Part shown: in pieces, positions 1-11,045 of the stretch
Layout: each line of letters starts with the position of its first letter
How positions within the stretch are numbered: position 1 is the stretch's first letter
NCBI GenBank assembly: GCA_965222155.1
Contig: CBDCTH010000012.1
Location: 2,368,001 to 2,432,000 of the forward strand
Source: Gammaproteobacteria bacterium
GTDB taxonomy: Bacteria > Pseudomonadota > Gammaproteobacteria > Eutrophobiales > Eutrophobiaceae
Direction: 5' to 3'
DNA: 64,000 nt
Notes under the pieces: model-generated
Told to the model about the DNA's origin: nothing
The model's database searches: none
What the model saw: the letters and a program-made list of their open reading frames with translations, nothing else
Position numbers and translations under genes: made by a program

Positions 1-2389
1 TCTGGTTAATACAGGTATTCTGGTTGGAACGGGTGTACTTGATCAGGTTATAGATATCGACTCCCGGCTCCCCGGACACGATTTCCTCATCATTCACCCG
101 CACGACAATGCGGCTGGCATCTACGGAATCGACAATACCCCCGCGTCCGGAGATAACCGTGACACCTGAGTCCATCGCTACAGTCCGTTCTATGCCGGTG
201 CCGACCAACGGCTTTTCCGCTCTAATCGTCGGTACCGCCTGGCGTTGCATGTTGGACCCCATCAACGCCCGGTTGGCGTCATCATGTTCAAGGAAGGGTA
301 TCAATGCCGCGGCAACCGATACAATCTGTCTCGGTGATACGTCCATATATTCGACCTTGTCAGGGGTAGACATGGCGAACTCATCCTGATGCCGGCATGA
401 AACGAGGTCGTCCACCAGTTTGCCGGCACTGTCCAGGTCGGAGTTAGCCTGTGCAATCACGTAGTCCCCTTCCTCAATGGCAGACAGATATTCAATCTCA
501 CTGGTAACTTTTCCGTTATCCACCTTCCTGTACGGTGTTTCCAGAAACCCGTATTCGTTAGTGCGCGCGTACACGGCGAGGGAATTGATCAGGCCGATGT
601 TGGGTCCTTCAGGGGTCTCAATGGGACATACCCTTCCATAGTGTGTCGGATGCACATCCCGTACCTCAAACCCGGCCCTTTCCCGGGTCAATCCGCCCGG
701 ACCGAGCGCGGAAATACGCCGTTTATGGGTAATTTCCGATAGCGGGTTATTCTGGTCCATGAACTGGGACAACTGGCTGGAGCCAAAAAACTCCTTTACT
801 ACCGCTGAAACGGGCTTCGCATTGATGATTTCCTGGGGCACCAGCCCCTCGGATTCCGCCAGGCTCAGACGATCTTTGACAGCTCGCTCCAGCCGTACGA
901 GTCCGATCCTGAACTGGTTTTCCACCATCTCCCCGACGCTCCTGACCCGGCGGTTGCCCAGGTGGTCGATATCATCAACTGTGCCTTTACCGTTGCGAAT
1001 GTCCAGCAGGGTCTTCAACACGTCGATAATATCCGACGTATCGCCCAGTTCGGAATGTATTTCCTTGGATGACGCGTCATTGCGCTGACTGAAATATTTT
1101 CCGTCATAAATGACACCCGGGCCGGTTACTTCCTGGCGGTTGACCCGACGATTAAATTTCATCCGCCCTACTGCAGAAAGGTCATACCTTTCCAGGGTAA
1201 AAAACAGGTTCTTGAACAGGTTTTCAGCAGACTCTTTCGTCGGTGGCTCACCGGGGCGCATGACCCGGTAAATTTCAATCTGGGCTTCGTGTTGCGAGTC
1301 GGTCTGGTCCAAACGCAAGGTGTCGGAAATAAATGGTCCGCAATTCAAATCGTTGACATACAGGGTTTCCAGCTCCAGCTTGCCCAGTTTGTGCAAGTTC
1401 TCCAGAATCTCCGGCGTTATTTCACTGTTGGCCTGCGCCAGGATTTCGCCGGTTTCCGTATCAAATACGTCCTTGGCGAGAACCTTGCCCATAAGGTATT
1501 CCTCAGGCACTTTCAGTTCTTTCATGCCGCTTGTTTCAAGCACACGAACGTGCCGTACCGTAATGCGCTTATCACTTTCCACGATGACATTCCCGTCCTG
1601 GTCCATAATATCGAACGAGATCGTTTCGCCACGGAACCGTTCGGCAATGAGTTCAAGATAAATTCCGTCTTTATCTATCCTGAATCGGTCCGTTTCAAAA
1701 AAGATGTCCAGGATCTCCTGGGTTGTGTATCCCAGTGCCCGCAATAATATTGTTGCCAGAATTTTGCGACGTCTGTCAATCCGGCAATAAACCATGTCCT
1801 TTGGATCAAACTCAAAGTCCAGCCAGGATCCACGATAAGGAATCACGCGAGCCGAATACAGTAATTTCCCCGATGAGTGAGTCTTGCCCTTGTCACTTTC
1901 AAAAAATACCCCGGGCGACCGATGCAACTGGAAGACAATCACCCTCTCCGTCCCGTTGATCACAAAAGTCCCGGTATCAGTCATCAGGGGAAGTTCACCC
2001 ATGTACACTTCCTGCTCCCTGATATCCTTTACGATCTTGTTGCTCAGGCCTGCTTCCTTATCGTAAATAATCAGGCGCACCCTGGCCTTCAACGATGCTG
2101 CGTAAGTCATTCCCCGCAGTTTGCACTCTTTTACATCAAATGCCGGCTCGTCCAAGTTGTAACTGACATACTCCAGGGCGGCATTGCCGGAATGGCTGTC
2201 CATCGGAAAAACCGACTTGAACGCAGCATGCAACCCGGCGTCCACCCGATCTTCGGGCGCACAACTGGATTGCAGAAAATGCTCGTAGGAACTTCTTTGC
2301 GTCGCCAGCAGGTAAGGCACCTCCAATATGCTTTGTCTTTTACCAAAATCCTTACGCAGGCGTTTCTTTTCTGTATAGGAGTAGGTCAT
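1..2389 (-). CDS. rpoB: RNA polymerase beta subunit (5' part; runs off window)
   Basis: Hand translation from ATG at 2389: [17 protein letters not shown]. Contains [32 protein letters not shown] (wild-type Rif cluster I). Lies downstream of rplL. Confidence 0.99.
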   Translation of the reverse strand, partial: MTYSYTEKKRLRKDFGKRQSILEVPYLLATQRSSYEHFLQSSCAPEDRVDAGLHAAFKSVFPMDSHSGNAALEYVSYNLDEPAFDVKECKLRGMTYAASLKARVRLIIYDKEAGLSNKIVKDIREQEVYMGELPLMTDTGTFVINGTERVIVFQLHRSPGVFFESDKGKTHSSGKLLYSARVIPYRGSWLDFEFDPKDMVYCRIDRRRKILATILLRALGYTTQEILDIFFETDRFRIDKDGIYLELIAERFRGETISFDIMDQDGNVIVESDKRITVRHVRVLETSGMKELKVPEEYLMGKVLAKDVFDTETGEILAQANSEITPEILENLHKLGKLELETLYVNDLNCGPFISDTLRLDQTDSQHEAQIEIYRVMRPGEPPTKESAENLFKNLFFTLERYDLSAVGRMKFNRRVNRQEVTGPGVIYDGKYFSQRNDASSKEIHSELGDTSDIIDVLKTLLDIRNGKGTVDDIDHLGNRRVRSVGEMVENQFRIGLVRLERAVKDRLSLAESEGLVPQEIINAKPVSAVVKEFFGSSQLSQFMDQNNPLSEITHKRRISALGPGGLTRERAGFEVRDVHPTHYGRVCPIETPEGPNIGLINSLAVYARTNEYGFLETPYRKVDNGKVTSEIEYLSAIEEGDYVIAQANSDLDSAGKLVDDLVSCRHQDEFAMSTPDKVEYMDVSPRQIVSVAAALIPFLEHDDANRALMGSNMQRQAVPTIRAEKPLVGTGIERTVAMDSGVTVISGRGGIVDSVDASRIVVRVNDEEIVSGEPGVDIYNLIKYTRSNQNTCINQ

Positions 2390-2415
2390 TACGCGCCCTC
2401 TTCATGGAGAAAGGA

Positions 2416-2500
2416 AGGAAAGGGAACAGATATAAATCCGCCCCCGGCATTCTTGCCCGCGCGCTGCATAGGAGAGGGAACAGATATATATCTGTCCCTG
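2416..2500. repeat. GGG(G/A)ACAGA-AT-rich-TCTGTCCC palindromic REP-like copies in rplL-rpoB spacer
   Basis: gggaacagatatatatctgtccc at ~2476-2498 and a degenerate copy at ~2422. Same family at ~7756, ~16013 and ~47275. Confidence 0.65.
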
Positions 2501-2560
2501 TCGTTCTTTCCAGCGCGCCGGGGTATTACAGGTGCCGGCAAAAAATACACCTGAGTTGAA

Positions 2561-2941
2561 CTATTTAAGTTCAACCGTTGCGCCGGCCTCTTCCAGTTTC
2601 GTTTTCACCTCTTCGGCCTCCTCCTTGCCAACTCCTTCCCTGATAGGGGCAGGCACGCCTTCTACCAGTTCTTTTGCCTCCTTCAACCCCATGCCGGTAA
2701 GCGCACGCACTACCTTGATCACCGGAACCTTACTGCTGCCAAAACTGCTCATGACTACATCAAATTCGGTTTGTTCTTCAACTTCTTCCGCTGCAGCAGC
2801 AGGGCCGGCCGCGGCTACGGCTGCGACAGGCGCTGCGGCGGAAACGCCCCATTGTTCTTCCAGTTCCGAGATCAGACTAACCAGTTCCATGACCGGCATA
2901 CTGCTCAAGGCTTCTTTAATTTCATCTTTTGAAACGGACAT
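2561..2941 (-). CDS. rplL: 50S ribosomal protein L7/L12
   Basis: EEQTEFDVV...[19 protein letters not shown]...[11 protein letters not shown]. Confidence 0.99.
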   Translation of the reverse strand: MSVSKDEIKEALSSMPVMELVSLISELEEQWGVSAAAPVAAVAAAGPAAAAEEVEEQTEFDVVMSSFGSSKVPVIKVVRALTGMGLKEAKELVEGVPAPIREGVGKEEAEEVKTKLEEAGATVELK

Positions 2942-2981
2942 TTTTTACTCCTCTTTAATACGAATTGCTGAACTATATGGA

Positions 2982-3506
2982 TTATGTGGTTTGTTGTTCG
3001 CGGCGAGCATCAAGCAACCGCAGCAGTTTCGCCTCCGGTTCCGACAGGACACGCAGGAATTTGCCGAGCGGAGCCTGCAGTAAGCCCAGCAGCATGGAAC
3101 GCGCCTGGTCCAGGGAAGGCAAATTCGCGACGCTTTCAATTTCTGCTGAATCAAGTAACCGGCCGTCCAGGGAGATAAGCCTGACAACCAGCTTTTCATT
3201 TTCTTTAGCGAAGTCACGTATAACCTTCGCCGCGGACCCCGGCTCGTCATTGGAAAAGGCAAGCAGCAACGGACCCGTGAGCGTACTACGCATACAATCG
3301 AATTGCGTTCCCTCAAAGGCGCGGCGCGCCAAGGTGTTTCGAACCACCCTGAGATAGATGCCGGCGTCCCGGGCCGAGCGCCTCAAAGCGGTCATCTGAG
3401 CTACGTTCAACCCGCTGTACTCCGCGGCAATTACCGCCGGGGCTGCGGCAGCTACAGCGGCTACTTCAGCCACAACTGCCTGCTTCTGTTCCAGTGTAAG
3501 ACTCAC
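2982..3506 (-). CDS. rplJ: 50S ribosomal protein L10
   Basis: MSLTLEQKQAVVAEV...VVRNTLARRA; GTG start with GGAG upstream; synteny. Confidence 0.98.
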   Translation of the reverse strand: MSLTLEQKQAVVAEVAAVAAAAPAVIAAEYSGLNVAQMTALRRSARDAGIYLRVVRNTLARRAFEGTQFDCMRSTLTGPLLLAFSNDEPGSAAKVIRDFAKENEKLVVRLISLDGRLLDSAEIESVANLPSLDQARSMLLGLLQAPLGKFLRVLSEPEAKLLRLLDARREQQTT

Positions 3507-3521
3507 GCGCCTGTCTCCCGT

Positions 3522-4211
3522 TTATGCATCTGTCTGGTCAACCACAATGCCCGGCCCCATGGTGGTTGAAAGACTGATTTTTTTCAAATAAACACCCTTG
3601 GCGGTACTCGGTTTTGCCTTTTTCAGGTCCGCCAGCAGGGAGTCCAGATTTTTCAGCAGATCCTCTGCAGCAAACGAAGCCTTGCCTATTCCGCAATGAA
3701 TGATCCCGTTCTTATCCGTCCGGTAACGAACCTGACCCGATTTTGCGTTGTTCACCGCCTGGCCGATATCCTTGGTCACTGTGCCAACCTTGGGGTTGGG
3801 CATTAATCCTCTGGGACCAAGTAATTTACCCAGCTTGCCTACTACCGACATTGCATCCGGCGCGGCAATAACAACATTAAAATCCATCAGTCCGGCCTGA
3901 ATCTGTTCAGCCAGGTCTTGCATACCCACGTATTCCGCACCGGCAGCCTGGGCTTCATCGACCTGTTCGCCCTGTGCAAACACGGCTACTTTCACAACCT
4001 TGCCGGTTCCCTGAGGCAGAACGGTAGAACCCCTGACGATCTGGTCGGATTTTCTCGGATCAACGCCGAGGTTGATAGCCACCTCGACAGTTTCATCAAA
4101 TTTAGTCGTTGCTCCCTCCTTGAGCAGGGTAAGTGCCTCCAGCACGGGATAGGATTGTCCGGAGTTGATATTTTTTCTGGCTTCACGAGCTCGTTTGGAT
4201 ATTCCTGACAT
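3522..4211 (-). CDS. rplA: 50S ribosomal protein L1
   Basis: [41 protein letters not shown]; start at MSGISKR. Confidence 0.99.
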   Translation of the reverse strand: MSGISKRAREARKNINSGQSYPVLEALTLLKEGATTKFDETVEVAINLGVDPRKSDQIVRGSTVLPQGTGKVVKVAVFAQGEQVDEAQAAGAEYVGMQDLAEQIQAGLMDFNVVIAAPDAMSVVGKLGKLLGPRGLMPNPKVGTVTKDIGQAVNNAKSGQVRYRTDKNGIIHCGIGKASFAAEDLLKNLDSLLADLKKAKPSTAKGVYLKKISLSTTMGPGIVVDQTDA

Positions 4212-4212
4212 T

Positions 4213-4659
4213 TTATACAACCTCCGTCTCGATACCCATGCTCCTTGCCGTCCCGGCAATCGTGCGCACGGCTGCATCCATATCCACTGCAGTCAAATCA
4301 GGTTCCTTGGTCTTGGCAATCTCCTCCATTTGCGCCCGCGTTACCTTGCCGACCTTGTCCGTGTTGGGGGTTCCGCTGCCGCTATCGATACCGGCAGCTT
4401 TTTTCAGCAGATAGGAAGCCGGGGTGGTTTTTGTTTCAAACGAGAACGTCTTATCCGCGTAGACAGTAATGATTACCGGTACGGGCAACCCTTCTTCCGA
4501 ATTCTGGGTTTTTGAATTGAAGGCCTTGCAAAACTCCATAATGTTCAACCCATGCTGGCCCAGCGCCGGGCCGACAGGGGGACTCGGGTTAGCCTGCCCC
4601 GCAGGAACCTGCAACTTGATATAAGTGCTGATTTTTTTTGAACTGGTTTTTTTAGCCAT
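4213..4659 (-). CDS. rplK: 50S ribosomal protein L11
   Basis: [35 protein letters not shown]. Confidence 0.99.
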   Translation of the reverse strand: MAKKTSSKKISTYIKLQVPAGQANPSPPVGPALGQHGLNIMEFCKAFNSKTQNSEEGLPVPVIITVYADKTFSFETKTTPASYLLKKAAGIDSGSGTPNTDKVGKVTRAQMEEIAKTKEPDLTAVDMDAAVRTIAGTARSMGIETEVV

Positions 4660-4694
4660 GATTTACTCCTGTGGATAATACCGCAACATAAGCT

Positions 4695-5228
4695 TTACTC
4701 CTTCTCCACCTGGGTGAAATCAAGCTGTACCGGCGTAGAACGCCCGAATATCAATACGGAAACCCGCAAGCGGCTCTTTTCATAATTTACTTCTTCCACT
4801 ACACCGTTAAAATCCGTAAACGGTCCATCGTTCACCCGTACAACCTCGCCGGGTTCGAACAGGACCTTCGGTCTTGGTTTATCCACACCTTCCTCAACAC
4901 GCTGCAGAATGGAATCTGCTTCGGCAGTGGAAATCGGTACCGGTTTGTCCGTCGTCCCGCCGATAAAGCCCAAAACCCTTGGCGCCTCCTTAACCAGGTG
5001 CCAGGTCGCATCGTTCATTTCCATTTGTACCAGGACATAGCCGGGAAAAAACTTGCGGTCGCTCTTGCGCTTTTTGCCATCACGCATTTCCACAACTTCC
5101 TCGGTAGGCACCAGGATATCGCCAAACTGATCCTTCAGTCCACTCTGCTCAATGCGTTCCGTCAGCGTCCGCATGACGTTCTGTTCATGACCGGAATAGG
5201 CTTGTACTACATACCATTTATGCGTCAT
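4695..5228 (-). CDS. nusG: Transcription termination/antitermination factor NusG
   Basis: [21 protein letters not shown] motif and IFGRSTPV. Confidence 0.99.
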   Translation of the reverse strand: MTHKWYVVQAYSGHEQNVMRTLTERIEQSGLKDQFGDILVPTEEVVEMRDGKKRKSDRKFFPGYVLVQMEMNDATWHLVKEAPRVLGFIGGTTDKPVPISTAEADSILQRVEEGVDKPRPKVLFEPGEVVRVNDGPFTDFNGVVEEVNYEKSRLRVSVLIFGRSTPVQLDFTQVEKE

Positions 5229-5232
5229 CGGA

Positions 5233-5610
5233 TTACCCTCCCGGACCACCTATCAACTGTCTGATCGCCCAGCCCAGAACTGAATCCAGACCCCATAAAA
5301 TCAGGGCGGCCAGGATAACCACAGCTATCACCAGGAGCGTGGTTTGCATCGTCTCCTGGCGCGTCGGCCAAACCACCTTGCGTACTTCAACCTGGGCATC
5401 CTGCAAAAAATTCCACAACTGTCTGCCCGGTTCCGTCTGCAATCCAATCCAGGCGGCAACACCCACCGCCGCCAGTAATCCGGCAACCCGTAACGGCGTT
5501 GATTGATCATCAAAAAAGTAAAAGCCGACAACCGCAACGACGACGATAAACACCGCAATGACCAGTTTTACCAGGTCAAACTTCACGTTTACTGCCTCTG
5601 AACTCATCAC
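5233..5610 (-). CDS. secE: Preprotein translocase subunit SecE (3-TM type)
   Basis: [13 protein letters not shown] motif; three hydrophobic segments; synteny. Confidence 0.98.
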   Translation of the reverse strand: MMSSEAVNVKFDLVKLVIAVFIVVVAVVGFYFFDDQSTPLRVAGLLAAVGVAAWIGLQTEPGRQLWNFLQDAQVEVRKVVWPTRQETMQTTLLVIAVVILAALILWGLDSVLGWAIRQLIGGPGG

Positions 5611-5633
5611 TCAACCTATCCTATATTCGGATG

Positions 5634-5711
5634 TTTGGGGTCAGAGTAAAAATACATATTGACAAACCAGAGCTACCTGCCAGCCCACTGTATTTTTACT
5701 CTGACCCCAAA
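5634..5711. repeat. 23-bp inverted repeat (REP-like doublet) between tRNA-Trp and secE
   Basis: TTTGGGGTCAGAGTAAAAATACA ... TGTATTTTTACTCTGACCCCAAA. Confidence 0.8.
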
Positions 5712-5735
5712 TATCACCCAAATATCTTGTCTTGT

Positions 5736-5811
5736 TGGCAGGCCAGGAGGGAATCGAACCCCCAACCTGCGGTTTTGGAGACCGCCGCTCTGCCAATTGA
5801 GCTACTGGCCT
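5736..5811 (-). tRNA. tRNA-Trp(CCA)
   Basis: AGGCCAGTAGCTCAATTGGCAGAGC...CTCCAAAA...GGTTCGATTCC...CCA, 76 nt; canonical tuf-trp-secE position. Confidence 0.98.
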
Positions 5812-5883
5812 TTATTTATCTTCCTCAGCGTAATTGCGACGTACGGCGCCAGGCCCTCTTGCAGCCTGCCGGCAGGTGAATTG

Positions 5884-7074
<1,191 letters not shown>

Positions 7075-7115
7075 ACAATATTCTCCTCAGATTGTTAAAT
7101 ATAATAAATTGTTCA

Positions 7116-7191
7116 TGGAGCCCATAACCGGAATTGAACCGGTGACCTCTTCCTTACCAAGAAAGTGCTCTACCGACTGAGCTATATGGGC
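7116..7191 (-). tRNA. tRNA-Thr(GGT)
   Basis: GCCCATATAGCTCAGTCGGTAGAGC...CTTGGTAAG...GGTTCAATTCC...CCA. Confidence 0.98.
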
Positions 7192-7217
7192 ATCAACGCC
7201 CGCTTCTCCGCTGTTAC

Positions 7218-7291
<74 letters not shown>

Positions 7292-7376
7292 TAGGTAAAA
7301 CAGACCGGAAACTCTATCGTTTCAATGGTCGTCCGTAAACTTACCTTTGTTTATTTCCCTACCCCCCGCACCATCT

Positions 7377-7461
7377 TGGTGGAGGGGGTAGGATTCGAAC
7401 CTACGAAGGCGTCGCCAGCAGATTTACAGTCTGCCCCCGTTGACCGCTTGGGTACCCCTCC
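7377..7461 (-). tRNA. tRNA-Tyr(GTA)
   Basis: GGAGGGGTACCCAAGCGG...CTGTAAA...long variable arm...GGTTCGAATCC...CCA, 85 nt. Confidence 0.98.
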
Positions 7462-7480
7462 GGATTTAAGCAAGCCTGCT

Positions 7481-7509
7481 ATTTTGATATATTCCACAAA
7501 CGCTGTCAA
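7481..7509 (-). promoter_or_regulatory. Putative sigma70 promoter of tRNA-tuf operon
   Basis: TTGACA-17 nt-CAAAAT about 20 nt upstream of tRNA-Tyr. Confidence 0.6.
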
Positions 7510-7808
7510 CACACCACATAAAAAAATATAACATGCAGATTTTCCTGGTACTTCCTGCCGACCGATCTGACTAAACAGATTTCTCTTTTTGCTCTATTAA
7601 TAATGTTCTATTCACTAGCCTGCTCACGGCCGACGTCACCATCTCCATATATAAATATGTTATAATCGGCAGCAGCAATTTTTCAATTTCGAATACACCT
7701 CGGTAGTAGGATCGTTCGGCGCCGAGCGTGATGACCAATAACAGGAAAACCAAAAGGGGACAGAATTAATTCTGTCCCCTTTTTCTTGCTGTACCCCTTA
7801 TCCTTCCG

Positions 7809-9254
7809 ATGTCCCCGATACAGCCCGGTTACCTTTCCGTAACCGGCAAGTTTCTCATCTGTGTCTGTCTCCTCTCGCTGTCCTGTACCTGTGCCTGGGC
7901 GGGCGCGGCACAAGCTGAGAATGATAAAGCCGGGCGCGACGGACAGCCGGACACAACTGACGAACTCCCCCTGCTGGATGCCGAGCTGGCCCTGAACCTG
8001 GCCCGCAAATGGATAGCAGAGGGGCAACAGCAACAGGCGTTTGAACTGTTACGCCGAGTCATGCAGGCCGCCAAGGCCGAAGGCGATGTCGATACCACCA
8101 ATATCCGTTTCCTGGCGGCGCAGGCCTTGCTGAAGATGGGGCGCCCGGCTCATGCGGTGGTGATCCTGGGTCAACTGGCCGCCGAGCGACCTGATTTGAA
8201 TCGGGTACGTCTTGATTTTGCCTCCACGCTGTTCACGCTGGGGCATGACGAACAGGCTGAAACCCTGTTCCGGGAACTCCGGTGCGAGGAAGACCTGCCG
8301 GCGCCGGTACGGCGCAACGTGGAGGGGTTCCTGGAACGTGTCCGGACGCACCGGAGGTTCCAGGTCAACTTCGACTTCGGCTTCTGGCGCGACAATAACG
8401 TAAACCACGCGCCGGAACAGGACACTGTCCAGGTGTCTATATTCGGTGGGCTTGAATTCGAACTGGACGAACAGGCAGTGAAGGCCTGGGTGACGCGTAC
8501 CGGCCTGAACCTGCGCTGGCGTCATACTCCCGTACTGGGCGGACGCGCCTACTTCGAGACCCGTGCGGCCGTTGCCCGCAACACGGCCATCAACGCAGAA
8601 GAACATAACCGCACCTGGCTAAACCTGCCATCCGGACCGCGCTGGCGCTATGCCATGAACCTTGCAGGACAACGCCGGCCCGGTATGCTGCGCGCCGATA
8701 TCGGCGGCGAACAACGCTGGCGCGGCGGTGACAACTACGCGGTCAGCGGCTGGGCGCGGCTGGGACTGGACCAGACCCTGAACAGGAATTGGAGCGCCGG
8801 CGCATCTGCCCGTGTCTGGGAAACACATTATGACAAACTGGATAGCGACCTGGACCCGTTCGGGCAATCCCTGGATTTAAGCCTTGTCCGGCACCCGGGC
8901 CTCGGCTACCTGAAAGCAGGCGCACGAATCGCGCAGGAAACCACGGACCGCCGGAACCTGTGCTGGCAAGGGTGGGGAACATCTTTGGGTTACAGTACGA
9001 TACTCGGACAGAACTGGAACCTGGCTGCACAGGCATACATTGATGAACGGTATTACGAAGGGACATATCCGCTGTTCAGGGAACGCCGCAAAGACCAGAC
9101 CATCATCGCCAACTTAACAGTCTCCAACCGGGCGATAGCCCTGGCGGGTTACATGCCGGAGGTCACGGTAGGCTGGTCCCAAACCGACTCGACTATCCCG
9201 TGATACGACCGGCAGAATCGAGTCTTTATGCTCGGCCTGCGTCGATTGTTCTGA
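7809..9254 (+). pseudogene. TPR + DUF560 beta-barrel (Slam-like) outer membrane protein with in-frame TGA before last strand
   Basis: Signal peptide, TPR-like helices (RPDLNRVRLDFA), DNNVN barrel start. TGA at 9201-9203 is followed in frame by YDRQNRVFMLGLRRLF*. Confidence 0.75.
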
Positions 9255-9290
9255 ACCACAAGGATCATTTAATAGTTGGCAGATGCCCCC

Positions 9291-9385
9291 ACCGCCATCC
9301 CGGGCTTGACCCGGAATCCGGTTAAACTAATATTCCTTATAAGGAGTTGTTTAATCGACTGGATTCCGGCATACGCCGGAATGAC
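9291..9385. repeat. REP-like doublet (GTCAT..CCGG..GGAATCC family) with AT-rich spacer
   Basis: ccatcccgggcttgacccggaatcc ... ggattccggcatacgccggaatgac. Family recurs at ~10884, 10979, 15799-15921, 19565, 24824, 31688 and 32593. Confidence 0.8.
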
Positions 9386-9408
9386 GAAGGGAACGGAATG
9401 GCGGTGGA

Positions 9409-9506
9409 GGGATTGTGCCGGCATGGTAGCGGCCTCCGTCGTACCGGACAGGGATTGTCCGGTATGGTAGCGGCCTCCGTCGTACCGGACAGGGATTGTC
9501 CGGTAT
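9409..9506. repeat. 41-bp tandem repeat (2 full copies + partial) with internal hairpin
   Basis: ATGGTAGCGGCCTCCGTCGTACCGGACAGGGATTGTCCGGT at 9423 and 9464. Confidence 0.9.
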
Positions 9507-9567
9507 CCAGGCACAGGGAGGTAAAAGAGCGAATGCCGACACCAACCGGAATTCGAGGGTGAGGATT

Positions 9568-10851
9568 TCAAACCTGCGCCAGCACTTCTTCCAGTACCGA
9601 TAACAGTAAATCCGCGTTGTCTTTGGAAAAAGGCAAAGGCGGGCGCATCTTCAGCACATTGTCGTACACGCCTATGTTGCTGATCAGCACCCCTTTATCT
9701 TTCATGGCGTTGACGATGATTTTGGTCTCGTCCGGCGCCGGCGTCTTTTGCTCCCGGTCTGTCACCAGTTCGACGCCGGTGAACAAACCGTGGCCGCGCA
9801 CGTCTCCGATCAGGTCGTATTCGGCCTGCAAGCTGCGCAACCCATCTCTTATATACTCTCCTACGACCAGGGCGTTTTCCTGCAGGTTTTCCTGCTCGAT
9901 GACGTCCAGTACCGCCATGCCGACCGCGCACTGCACCGGGTTGCCGCCGAAGGTATTGAAATACATGACCTGTTCCCTAAAATCGTTCACCAGATCAGCG
10001 CGGGCCACTACCCCGCCGACAGGGTGGCCGTTGCCCATGGGCTTGCCCATAGTGGCGATATCCGGCGTTACGCCACCAACCTGGTAGCCCCACATTTTCT
10101 TGCCGGTGCGGGCAAAACCGCATTGCACCTCATCGGCGATGTAGAGACCGCCGGCGCTACGGACCTGGTCCATGACCTGTTCCATGTAACCCGGCGGGAC
10201 GTTGGGAAGGCCCTCATTGGCGAAGATGGAGCAGATCAACATGCCGGCAAAACCGATGCCATCTTCCTCGAACTCCTCAATGGCTCGTTTCACCTCTGCG
10301 GCATAGGCGGCTTTCAGGGCGTCTCCTTCCAGTCCGTTCAGGGGCCGGTAGGTCTCGGGGAAAGGCACGGTTTTCACATTCGGGCTCGGAGACTTGCCGC
10401 CATGGAAGATACTGGATAATTCGTCCACCGCCGTAGTATTGCCGTGATAGGTGAAATTGGTACAGATAATGCCCTGCTTGCCGGTGGCCTGGCGCGCCAT
10501 GCGCAAGGCAATCTCGTTGGCTTCACTGCCGGTGCAGACGATAAATGCCATGGATAAGGGCTCGTTATGCAAGCCGGTCAGGCGCTCCGCATATTCCAGC
10601 ACCAGTTCGTGCAGGTAACGGTTATGTACGTTCAGGGTCTTCGACTGCCGGTACAGGGCGTCAACCACATGGGGGTGGCAGTGCCCCACGTTGGGCACGT
10701 TGTTATAGACGTCCAGGTATTTTTTGCCCGCAGCGTCATACAGCCAGACGCCCTCCCCTTTGACGATATGCACCGGTTCGTTGTAGAACAGGGGCGCGCC
10801 CGCGCCCAGCAGGCGGTAGCGTCGCTCCAGCAATTTCGCGTCAACTGTCAT
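9568..10851 (-). CDS. Class-III PLP aminotransferase (GabT/AGXT2-like; phospho-lyase-like subfamily possible)
   Basis: YLDVYNNVPNVGHCHP, TGSEANE, DEVQCGFARTG, TMGKPMGNG, FNTFGGNP. Confidence 0.93.
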   Translation of the reverse strand: MTVDAKLLERRYRLLGAGAPLFYNEPVHIVKGEGVWLYDAAGKKYLDVYNNVPNVGHCHPHVVDALYRQSKTLNVHNRYLHELVLEYAERLTGLHNEPLSMAFIVCTGSEANEIALRMARQATGKQGIICTNFTYHGNTTAVDELSSIFHGGKSPSPNVKTVPFPETYRPLNGLEGDALKAAYAAEVKRAIEEFEEDGIGFAGMLICSIFANEGLPNVPPGYMEQVMDQVRSAGGLYIADEVQCGFARTGKKMWGYQVGGVTPDIATMGKPMGNGHPVGGVVARADLVNDFREQVMYFNTFGGNPVQCAVGMAVLDVIEQENLQENALVVGEYIRDGLRSLQAEYDLIGDVRGHGLFTGVELVTDREQKTPAPDETKIIVNAMKDKGVLISNIGVYDNVLKMRPPLPFSKDNADLLLSVLEEVLAQV

Positions 10852-10883
10852 CTTGCTTTAAAGAACAATCTTCAGGCTTTGCC

Positions 10884-11034
10884 GTCATTCCGGCGTAAGC
10901 ATGTCCCTGCACGTAGTAAGCAGGGGCAGGAATCCGGTCAATAAAAAACTCATGATAATGTAAAGAATGTTCATCCACTGGATGCCGGAGCCTGCCCCTG
11001 CATGCCGTAAGCAGGGGTCAAGCCCGGCATGACG
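10884..11034. repeat. REP doublet, each arm carrying an inserted 28-nt hairpin
   Basis: gtcattccggcgta[agcatgtccctgcacgtagtaagcaggg]gcaggaatcc and ggatgccgg[agcctgcccctgcatgccgtaagcaggg]gtcaagcccggcatgac. Confidence 0.8.
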
Positions 11035-11045
11035 ACGCAGGACCG

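Noticed and set aside
700-790. Rifampicin-resistance substitutions in rpoB
   Set aside because: Cluster I reads wild-type (Q, D, H, S positions unchanged).
7462-7808. Missing tRNA-Thr(TGT) ahead of tRNA-Tyr, or an integration site at the tRNA cluster
   Set aside because: Tyr-Gly-Thr-tuf is the common arrangement outside enterobacteria, and no duplicated tRNA 3' end was noticed.
9409-9506. Possible CRISPR array
   Set aside because: Units are directly adjacent with no unique spacers, and there are no cas genes.
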